DNA of 14,915 nt, taken from Chthonomonadales bacterium. Its GTDB lineage: Bacteria; Armatimonadota; Chthonomonadetes; Chthonomonadales; Chthonomonadaceae. Of the stretch, positions 1-6,946 are shown piece after piece. The translations under genes and the position numbers were made by a program. The stretch covers positions 1 through 14,915 of the forward strand of contig JBBQPO010000153.1 of NCBI GenBank assembly GCA_038217285.1, in the 5' to 3' direction. The first letter of the stretch is position 1, and every line of letters begins with the position of its first letter. Below the pieces are notes generated by a model that did no database searches, had not been told where the DNA came from, and saw only the letters and a list, made by a program, of their open reading frames with translations.

Positions 1-139
1 AAGTTTCCATGCCTATCGTCGTCGTCAGCGTCAAAAGAAGGTCTATGGTTACTGGAAAATCGCCCGACCAGACGAATTGACGACGCCATTACGGTTTGCA
101 GCGTAGACAAAGTTTCACCCAATGAAATGGAACGCACCC
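1..139 (+). mobile_element. Putative right end of an insertion sequence
   Basis: After the stop the sequence runs ...gaaatggaacgcaccc (to 139), which reads GGGTGCGTTCCATTTC on the minus strand, a plausible GGG-initiated terminal inverted repeat. The segment is more AT-rich than the coding regions. The left end would lie outside the window. Confidence 0.3.
2..106 (+). CDS. C-terminal fragment of a gene entering from the left edge, possibly an ISKra4-like transposase
   Basis: Frame 2 is open from the window edge: SFHAYRRRQRQKKVYGYWKIARPDELTTPLRFAA, stop TAG at 104-106. It resembles my recollection of ISKra4-type C-termini (aromatic-FH..R..Q.RLY). Only 34 codons are visible and it is not in the ORF track. 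Confidence 0.35.
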   Translation, partial: SFHAYRRRQRQKKVYGYWKIARPDELTTPLRFAA

Positions 140-317
140 AATTGAAACTTGCTCGTTCTTCAGGGATTACTGCCGCTCCGGATGCCCTATACGCGTTAAT
201 CGGGCGTTGCAATGAAGTTGTCTATCCTGTCGGAGGGTGGGAGTGGGGGCGCTGCGTACGAATGGCCCGGACACGCTGTTTGACGAGGAGAGAGGCTTTG
301 CCTGCCGACGACACATG

Positions 318-362
318 AAAATCGCTCCTGCCTGAGCCCTTTCGGGAACCTGGCAGGAGCGA
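318..362 (-). terminator. Intrinsic terminator downstream of the 118-aa gene
   Basis: Perfect 11-bp inverted repeat tcgctcctgcc (322-332) / ggcaggagcga (352-362), followed on the minus strand by TTTT, about 25 bp after the stop at 387. Confidence 0.7.
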
Positions 363-386
363 AGGCGTTGCAGCCTTGCGGGCGGA

Positions 387-743
387 CTACTCTTTGTCCG
401 CAGTCGCGCTCATGTCGCAGCCTTTGCAGCAGTAGTAGGTCTTGCCGTTGTATTTGACCGCGCGGGTCAGGTTTCCCGTCGGCTTTGTGGGCATCATCAT
501 GCCGCAAGCGGGACACTTCAAAGGCGTATCCGAGTTGGCGTCGGCTACCGAATTGCTCGCCGCCATTTGATCGGCGTGTCGCTTATTGATTTGGGCGAAC
601 AGCGTCTGCATCTGGGTGAGGGTTCCCTGCGCGCGGGCGATGTCGTTGAGAGCATTCTGGCACTCATCCGCCATGACCGGGGCGGTCAGCATCATACCGA
701 ATGCCAGCGCCAGGCCGAAACCGATCTTGCGTGTCTTGTACAT
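387..743 (-). CDS. Secreted protein with C-terminal YHS/TRASH-like metal-binding motif
   Basis: Signal peptide (MYKTRK, hydrophobic core, VMA|D). C-terminal CPACGMMM...VKYNGKTYYCCKGC resembles the YHS/TRASH pattern. Strong RBS (GAAGGAG) 7 nt before the ATG and a terminator downstream. Confidence 0.8.
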   Translation of the reverse strand: MYKTRKIGFGLALAFGMMLTAPVMADECQNALNDIARAQGTLTQMQTLFAQINKRHADQMAASNSVADANSDTPLKCPACGMMMPTKPTGNLTRAVKYNGKTYYCCKGCDMSATADKE

Positions 744-814
744 AGATTCACTCCTTCTTCATGGGCATCGAACGGGCACAACAAGGTGAGCAGGTCCGAC
801 CGCCCACATGCCCG

Positions 815-843
815 TAGGACAACGCTTACAGCGTGCAAGTTCC
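815..843 (-). promoter_or_regulatory. Candidate ECF sigma promoter for the YHS-like gene
   Basis: Minus strand reads GGAACTT-N16-GTCCTA, similar to the RpoE/AlgU-type consensus GAACTT-N16/17-TCnnA. Confidence 0.35.
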
Positions 844-882
844 TGATTTTTCGGAACAGTGGTTATTTGCACACGAACCCCG

Positions 883-3800
883 TCACTCCCTCCTTGAAGT
901 GGGAATCGAATCCGGCGCGAGATGGATCAGCGCATAGTCCAGCAGGGCGTCGAAGTCGGTAGTGCGGGCCTCCAACAGGATCGCTTCCGCCTCCTGCGGG
1001 TCGAGATGTGCCGCAGCGGTCGTCACGGCGGTCTGCAGTGTCTCGTTGATCGCAGGGAGCGCATCGGGAAAGGTATCGCTCAGATGCAGAAGCCCGGCAG
1101 ACAGGTTCAGGCTTGCCGCCCACTCCTGTCGGTCATGCAGCAGTTGGGCCAGGTGCGCGAGGATATAGACCGTCTCCGGGGGAGTGGAAAACTCGCAGGT
1201 GGCACAGAGACAGAGATAGAAAAGCTCCAGGGCTTCGTCGAATTCACCCTGCCGACGCTTGATGTCCGCCAGATTGGACCGTGATCGGACCACGCCCCAG
1301 GCGCTTGCAATGCTTTCATAGACAGCAACGCTGTCGGCGAAATACTTTTCGGCCAACTCCAAAAGGTTGCGGTCGCGCGCGCTGAAACCCCGGAACATCA
1401 GCGCCAGCGCTTCCAGAGAAGGCATGTTCTGGGAGCGCGCGATCTCCAGCGCCTCCCTCTGACTCGCTTCCGCCGCGTCGTGCTGCCCCAGGTTGGTCAA
1501 ACAGCCGCCCATCAGGATGAGCACGAAGGCCCTTCTATCCGCCCGGTCGGAATCGACGTACAGTTCGCAGGCTTTTTGGAAGTTGGCGTAGGCTTCCGCA
1601 TGCTGGCCGGTATAGCACTGGCGGGTGCCCAGCATGACGTAGATCTCGCTCTCGCCTTTGCGATCCCCCTGCTCACGATAGATCTCGAACGCCCGGCGCA
1701 GGCAGTCCTGCGCTTCGGCGCTGTCCCCCTGGTTGAGGCCCGCCGAATAGTCGGAGATCTTGAGCAAGGAGGCCGCCACTGCTTCTTTCGGCAGCGTCTC
1801 CCGGCCCATGTTCAACAGCTTCCGATGCCACTCCCTTCCCTCGGATCGCAGCGCCCGATGCGCCCAGTAGTTGTGCAGGCAGAGGCTGATCCGATGCCCC
1901 GATTCCAGGCATTCAACGGCGTCGAGCGACCGCTGCATCGCGCTGTAAACGTTGCCGCGATTGCGGTCGACGGTTGCGAGGTACGCCTTGATCTGCGAGG
2001 CGTCGTCCAACTCCGTCAGCAGACGCAGATAGTAGTCGCAATGCGCGGCCTCCAGCCTTCCGGTCTCCCCACTCTCCTCCAGTCGCTCGGCGGCATAGGC
2101 CCGGATCGTCTCCAGAAACCGAAAGGGCAGCGCATGGGCCGCAGAGCGCTCCATCATCACCAGCGACTTCGTCACCAATTCCGACAGCATACGGGCGATC
2201 TCCGTACCGGGCAGCGTGGTATCCGCGCAGACCTGCTCGGCGGCCTCCAGTGTCCACCCTCCCGCAAAGACGGAGAGGCGGCGCAGGAGCGTTCTCTCCG
2301 CCTCCCCCAGCATTCCGTAACTCCAGTCCAGCATAGAATGCAGCGTCTGATGTCGGGGCGATATTCCTCGCTTTGCATGTCTTAACGGGAGGACAGATCC
2401 GGAAAGATCCGCCGCGACGCGCTCCAGCGGCGCTCCTGCGGTCTGGGACGCCACCATCTCGATGCCGAGCGGCAGGCCGTCTGCCAAACGGCATAACGTC
2501 TCCACGATCCCGGCATTCTCCGGAGTCAACTGAAACCCCGGGTGGACGGCTGTTGCCCTCTCGACGAACAGGCGAACGGCCGGAGAATCGAGCGCGGCGG
2601 CGATCGGAGGAGACGTGGGCGTCGAGGATCGGCCCCTCTTCGGGTCTGGGAGCGCCAGCGGCGCAAGCGCGCAGACCTGCTCGCCCGCGATGCGCAGCAT
2701 CTCCCGACTGGTCAGGAGCAGGCGCAGCAGCGGGCAGTCCTCCATCAGATCCGATACCAATGCCGCGACCTCGGATACTACATGCTCGCAGTTGTCGAAA
2801 ATCAACAGGAGACGGTGTGGGGCCAACAGGTCGTGCAGAGAGGTATAGAGGAGCTTGTGTCCGCTCTCCTGGACGCCCAGCGCCGCGGCGACCGTCTGCA
2901 GGACCCCGGTGGGAGCACAGGCGCTCAGATCGAGGAAGCCGACTTCATCGTGGTAATCTGCGGCGATCTCCCCTCCCACCTGAACGGCGAACCGCGTCTT
3001 GCCGACCCCCCCGATCCCTGTCACCGTCACCAGGCGGGCGTTCTTGAAGGCGCCCATGATCTCTTTTTTGGCGGTGTCCCGTCCCAGCAGTGCAAAGGGA
3101 AAGTGGGGGAGCCGGGCCGAATCGGGCAGAACACGTTTCGGTTTTCGGTGACCGGCCTGCGCCATGCGCAGCAGGATCGATTTCGGGATCAACTGATAGA
3201 GCGCCTCCGTCTCCGCTTCCAGTCCCCGGCCTGCCGTGCGTTCGAGAAACGTCTGCAGTCGTCCATAATGGAGCTGAATCTTGCCATACTCCTGTCGCTG
3301 CAGAAGAGCCTCGATAAACACCCGCCACACCGCCTCGTTCAGGGTGACATCCGGCAGTTCGAACTTCAGCATCTGGGCGAACCAGTTCCCGGCGCGGTTG
3401 AGATCTCCGTTCTCCAGAGCCTGTTGGGCCAGGGTTTCCAACGCCTGCTGCCGCAGGTCCAGGCAGGTCGCCTGCTCTTCCAGAACCCAGTAGAGCGGCT
3501 CCCGCTCCAGGAAAGGGCGAGTATGGAGGGTCACCGCATGCTGCAGCGAGTCGGGGTCACCCTTCCGAACGGCGTTTCGAAACTCCAGCCAGTCGACGCT
3601 CACTCCCGCGAGGTCGAGGGCGAGCATCCGTGGGGCGGGCGAGGACAGGCGGTGGCCCTCCTCCCCGAGGAAACGTCGAATCTCGGACGCCGTCTTCTTG
3701 ATAAGGTCGTGCGGATCTCCCGCCTGACTGTCCGCAAAGATGGCGTCGGCGAGCCGTGCCGACGCGACGGCTCGCCCGGCGCTGAGCGTGAGGTAGGCCA

Positions 3801-3888
3801 GCAGTAGTCTCCCCTTCGCGGAGAGACCATGCAGCGCCACGCCTGCGCGGTGCACCTCTATCGTCCCGAATAGAAGCAGTTCCAACAT
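883..3888 (-). CDS. AfsR/SARP-family STAND regulator (wHTH, BTAD, NB-ARC-like ATPase, TPR)
   Basis: N-terminal LLLFGTIEV...LLLAYLTL...LADAIF (SARP winged helix), then a BTAD-like helical region. Walker A GIGGVGKT (2995-3018), Walker B LLLIFDNCEH, LLLTSRE, DGLPLGIE, RHQTL..MLDWSY, FRFLETIRAYA, then C-terminal TPR-like helices. Confidence 0.93.
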   Translation of the reverse strand: MLELLLFGTIEVHRAGVALHGLSAKGRLLLAYLTLSAGRAVASARLADAIFADSQAGDPHDLIKKTASEIRRFLGEEGHRLSSPAPRMLALDLAGVSVDWLEFRNAVRKGDPDSLQHAVTLHTRPFLEREPLYWVLEEQATCLDLRQQALETLAQQALENGDLNRAGNWFAQMLKFELPDVTLNEAVWRVFIEALLQRQEYGKIQLHYGRLQTFLERTAGRGLEAETEALYQLIPKSILLRMAQAGHRKPKRVLPDSARLPHFPFALLGRDTAKKEIMGAFKNARLVTVTGIGGVGKTRFAVQVGGEIAADYHDEVGFLDLSACAPTGVLQTVAAALGVQESGHKLLYTSLHDLLAPHRLLLIFDNCEHVVSEVAALVSDLMEDCPLLRLLLTSREMLRIAGEQVCALAPLALPDPKRGRSSTPTSPPIAAALDSPAVRLFVERATAVHPGFQLTPENAGIVETLCRLADGLPLGIEMVASQTAGAPLERVAADLSGSVLPLRHAKRGISPRHQTLHSMLDWSYGMLGEAERTLLRRLSVFAGGWTLEAAEQVCADTTLPGTEIARMLSELVTKSLVMMERSAAHALPFRFLETIRAYAAERLEESGETGRLEAAHCDYYLRLLTELDDASQIKAYLATVDRNRGNVYSAMQRSLDAVECLESGHRISLCLHNYWAHRALRSEGREWHRKLLNMGRETLPKEAVAASLLKISDYSAGLNQGDSAEAQDCLRRAFEIYREQGDRKGESEIYVMLGTRQCYTGQHAEAYANFQKACELYVDSDRADRRAFVLILMGGCLTNLGQHDAAEASQREALEIARSQNMPSLEALALMFRGFSARDRNLLELAEKYFADSVAVYESIASAWGVVRSRSNLADIKRRQGEFDEALELFYLCLCATCEFSTPPETVYILAHLAQLLHDRQEWAASLNLSAGLLHLSDTFPDALPAINETLQTAVTTAAAHLDPQEAEAILLEARTTDFDALLDYALIHLAPDSIPTSRRE

Positions 3889-3939
3889 CGTTCCGGCCTT
3901 GCTCTTTCCTTAATTTTACGAGACATACACAAAAAAGGG

Positions 3940-3980
3940 CGTTCCGGTCACTGTTTCGGTCACCGGTCCCTGTGTACACT
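3940..3980 (+). promoter_or_regulatory. Tandem direct repeats plus a -10 box upstream of the PEP-CTERM gene (candidate operator)
   Basis: gttccggtcac (3941-3951) and gtttcggtcac (3953-3963) match 10/11 with 12-bp period. Partial third unit cggtccc (3964-3970). TACACT -10-like hexamer at 3975-3980 with no recognisable -35. Confidence 0.5.
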
Positions 3981-4013
3981 GAAGCGGATGGTTATGGAAG
4001 GAAAATTCACACT

Positions 4014-4985
4014 ATGAAACAGATCTCAATGCGATGCAATCTCTCTCACAACGGCGGTCTACAGCGGAGCGTCCTCGTGCTGGGCCTCTCCATGCTAGGG
4101 ATGGGGCTGGGAGGCCGGATGGCCTCCAGTCAGTCCTCCGTCTCCTCCATCTCGCTGGTTGGCGTCACCGATAATGGCGGCTTCCTCACGAGTCTGGACA
4201 GACAGGATGTCTCCGGCAACGCGACGGCCTCCGCGAGCGCGACGAAGTCATTTACCGGCCTGGACCGCGCGGGAAATACCCAGACCATGACGTTCAGCGG
4301 CAATACGGTATCCCGATCAGACTATGGTCGCCTGCACTGTTACACGTCCGCCTCTCTCACGAACTCCTACTATAACGCTGCCAACCCCGCCTACACGGAC
4401 GGAAACGGCAACGTCGTCAACCCGGCCGGTTCGCCCACCTCGTTGGCGGCGCTGGGGTTCGCGTTTTTCGACGATACCCTGCAATACGGAGGTTCGCTCC
4501 AGGCCGGATACAAAGCCCACTACATCTTCCATGTAGACGGTACGAACTCCGGGACGGGCACGCTGGCCGACCTGGGGGTGACGATCGGGTCAAATCCCTC
4601 CGATACGTTTTTCGCGTCGGATCCGGGACCGTTTGCAGCGGACTGGGTGACGCAGGACTACGCGATCAACGGCATCACACCGCAAAGCCTCCATGTCCAG
4701 TTCTCCGATCAGGTCGTCTTCGACAACATCAATCTCACGGATGGACAGAACTATACCGGGACCTCCGACTTCGGATCGACCCTGACCCTGACCGGAATAG
4801 AAGTCGTCGATGCTGGCGGCGTTCCCGTTTCAGGCTGGACGGTCACCTCGGGTTCGGGCACACGCTATCCGCTGGCTCTGGCGGCCAACACGCCCGAGCC
4901 CGGCGTCGTCGCGCTGCTCACCGGACTCGGCGTACCGGCCTCACTGCTGGCGCTCCGCCGTCGCCGGTTTCGGACGCGTCGATAA
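4014..4985 (+). CDS. PEP-CTERM sorting domain surface protein (323 aa from ATG 4014)
   Basis: Signal-like hydrophobic segment SVLVLGLSMLGMGL and a Ser/Thr/Gly/Asn-rich body. C-terminal TPEPG (PEP at 4893-4901), TM helix and RRRRFRTRR. ATG 4014 follows GGAAGGA and is preferred to GTG 3972. Confidence 0.9.
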   Translation: MKQISMRCNLSHNGGLQRSVLVLGLSMLGMGLGGRMASSQSSVSSISLVGVTDNGGFLTSLDRQDVSGNATASASATKSFTGLDRAGNTQTMTFSGNTVSRSDYGRLHCYTSASLTNSYYNAANPAYTDGNGNVVNPAGSPTSLAALGFAFFDDTLQYGGSLQAGYKAHYIFHVDGTNSGTGTLADLGVTIGSNPSDTFFASDPGPFAADWVTQDYAINGITPQSLHVQFSDQVVFDNINLTDGQNYTGTSDFGSTLTLTGIEVVDAGGVPVSGWTVTSGSGTRYPLALAANTPEPGVVALLTGLGVPASLLALRRRRFRTRR

Positions 4986-5013
4986 AGAAGGGCTGCATTG
5001 CGCACCGCTTCGC

Positions 5014-5049
5014 AAAACCACCCTCCGTCCGGCGAGGGTGGTTTTCTTG
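5014..5049 (+). terminator. Intrinsic terminator after the PEP-CTERM gene
   Basis: Perfect 12-bp inverted repeat aaaaccaccctc (5014-5025) / gagggtggtttt (5034-5045) with a ttttctt tail. Confidence 0.85.
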
Positions 5050-5167
5050 TTACCCCTCTCCGGTAGCGAGGCATCGGCAGTTTGTCTCGGCGGTTGAGCG
5101 GATACTTCCGGAGGTGACTTCGTATAGGTAAGTATACAACAGATCAACTGGAAATGAGGGTCGTAAA

Positions 5168-6946
5168 ATGGAACCTATCAGGCTCTTGAGGGTGCTGCTC
5201 GTGGGAGTATGGGCCCTTGGCGCCATCGCACTCGATCCGACGGCGGCCCGGGCGCAGTTCAGCGTCGTCAATTTGACGCCGGTGGGTTCCACAGCCCTGG
5301 CAACCAGCAGTTCCGGTACGCAACAGGCCGGATATTTTCGCGCGCCGAACAGTACCGCGACACACGCCTGTACCTGGAACGCGACCCCCGCCAACATCGA
5401 CCTGAACCCGGCCGGATACTCGGAATCCTTTGCCGAGGGGATTTTCGGTGGCAGGCAGGTCGGCTTTGGCCGCAAGTCCACTTTTCCCGACCAGCATGCG
5501 CTCTTGTGGAGCGCCACTTCGGCCAGCGCCGTCGATCTGCACCCCCAGGGATTGACCGGCAGCCGGGCCTATGGGATCTCCGCCAATCAGCAGGTGGGTT
5601 ATGGATCCGGCATCTCGACGAACAGTGCGACCCATGCGCTGCTCTGGCGCGGCACGGCGGCGAGTGTGGTCGATCTGCACCCGGCGGGCTTCTCGGCCAC
5701 ACAGGCGGTCGGCGTCTCCGGCAATATCCAGGTCGGTTATGGAAACGGTTCGACGACCCAGAATGCAAACCACGCCCTGCTCTGGCGAGGCTCCGCGGCG
5801 AGCATGGTCGATCTAAATCCTGCGGGCTGGAGCGCGACCGAAGCCTATTCTCTTTCCGGCGGCCAGATCGTCGGACGCGGCTTTCGGACGGGTAACAGCA
5901 CCGGGCAGCATGCGATTCTCTGGCTCAATACCGGCGCGGCAGCCGTCGATCTCCATCCCGCGAACTGGATCGCTTCCGTGGCCTACGGCGTCTCCGGCGG
6001 CCGACAGGCTGGAGCCGGCGAAACCTCCGGAGGGTTCTGGCATGCCCTGGCCTGGTCCGGCTCGGCCGCCAGTATGGTGGATCTGCATGCACTGCTGTCG
6101 GCCAGTATGGTGCGGTCGTGGGCCACCGGGATCAATGCGAACGGGGATGTGGTCGGTTATGCCGAGGACGCCGCTTCGGCCTCCTTTGCCGTCATCTGGC
6201 ATCGGAACAACCCGGCGACCCTGCTTTTTCAGCACGACACGAGCGGCCAGCTCGCGACCTGGACTCTCAACGGCACAGCCCTCTCCGGCGCTGCGAGTAT
6301 CGCACCGGTCCCTGGAACGGGATGGAAAGCGGTCGGACAGGGCGATTTCAATAACGACGGCCAGTCCGACATTCTGTTTCAGAACAGCAGCAGTGGACAA
6401 CTGGCCGTCTGGTACATGAACGGCTCTACATATATCGGAGGCGCTCTGCTCACGCCAACGCCCGCAGGAGGGTATCAGGTGGTCGGTGTCGGAGACTTCA
6501 ATGGGGACGGCTATGTGGACATACTATTTCAGCAGAGCGGTACGGGCCGGCTCGCTGTCTGGTATCTGCAGGGAGTCACTCTCGTCGGAGCCGCGGCTTT
6601 GGGCGCGACGCCCGCACCCGGCTTCGTGGTGCGGGCGGTGGCCGATCTGAATGGCGACGGCACTCCCGATATCCTGTTCCAGAACAGCGACTCCGGTCAG
6701 TTGGCGATATGGTACTTCAACGGAACCGCCGTCATCGGAAGCGGCCTGGTGAACGAGACGGCTGCCACCGACTGGGTCGTCCGAGGCGTGAGCGATCTGA
6801 ATAACGATGGCGTGCCGGACCTTGTATTCCAGAACAAGGTCAGCGGTCAGCTCGCCGCGTGGTACTTGAAGGGGACGATATTTCAGGCGGGCGGCCTCGT
6901 CTCGACGGTGCCTTCTGCCGGATATACCCTGGCGGTCACGCACTGA
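5168..6946 (+). CDS. Secreted repeat protein: HAF-like (HALLW..VDLHP) repeats plus FG-GAP/VCBS-like repeats
   Basis: Signal peptide ending ARA|Q. Six clear HA(L)LW-x7/8-DL(H/N)P repeats. Four DxNxDGxxD(I/L)(L/V)FQ loops (GDFNNDGQSDILF, GDFNGDGYVDILF, ADLNGDGTPDILF, SDLNNDGVPDLVF), each followed by G(Q/R)LAxWY. GAGG RBS upstream. Confidence 0.88.
   Translation: MEPIRLLRVLLVGVWALGAIALDPTAARAQFSVVNLTPVGSTALATSSSGTQQAGYFRAPNSTATHACTWNATPANIDLNPAGYSESFAEGIFGGRQVGFGRKSTFPDQHALLWSATSASAVDLHPQGLTGSRAYGISANQQVGYGSGISTNSATHALLWRGTAASVVDLHPAGFSATQAVGVSGNIQVGYGNGSTTQNANHALLWRGSAASMVDLNPAGWSATEAYSLSGGQIVGRGFRTGNSTGQHAILWLNTGAAAVDLHPANWIASVAYGVSGGRQAGAGETSGGFWHALAWSGSAASMVDLHALLSASMVRSWATGINANGDVVGYAEDAASASFAVIWHRNNPATLLFQHDTSGQLATWTLNGTALSGAASIAPVPGTGWKAVGQGDFNNDGQSDILFQNSSSGQLAVWYMNGSTYIGGALLTPTPAGGYQVVGVGDFNGDGYVDILFQQSGTGRLAVWYLQGVTLVGAAALGATPAPGFVVRAVADLNGDGTPDILFQNSDSGQLAIWYFNGTAVIGSGLVNETAATDWVVRGVSDLNNDGVPDLVFQNKVSGQLAAWYLKGTIFQAGGLVSTVPSAGYTLAVTH

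Noticed and set aside
127..318. 63-aa ORF (frame 1 is open from base 1)
   Set aside because: No RBS or recognisable motif, and it crosses the putative IS end. The frame-2 tail is the more protein-like reading, though neither is proven.
762..815. Alternative hairpins in the leader of the YHS-like gene as a riboswitch
   Set aside because: The stems are short and GC-rich, the outer stem overlaps the candidate -10 region, and no known aptamer consensus is visible.
3006..3012. C7 homopolymer within the Walker A codons as a phase-variation tract
   Set aside because: Short, explained by Gly-Gly-Val codons, and the frame is intact.
1480..3807. Long plus-strand ORFs of 301, 224 and 421 aa
   Set aside because: Antisense to the well-supported STAND regulator. 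Such shadows are expected in GC-rich DNA and show no motifs.
883..3888. STAND protein as an Avs/NLR-like anti-phage system
   Set aside because: The N-terminus is a DNA-binding wHTH-BTAD rather than a nuclease, TIR, SIR2 or protease effector, and no defence genes are nearby.
5102..5135. Weak repeats upstream of the propeller gene (acttc...aggt twice, atactt/aagtat)
   Set aside because: Too short and degenerate, and unlike the 3941-3963 repeat, so co-regulation cannot be claimed.
5360..6870. Recurring DNA motifs such as gtcgatctgcac and ttccagaac as a possible CRISPR or repeat array
   Set aside because: They are degenerate, in frame and explained by the protein repeats. There are no identical repeats with unique spacers and no cas genes.
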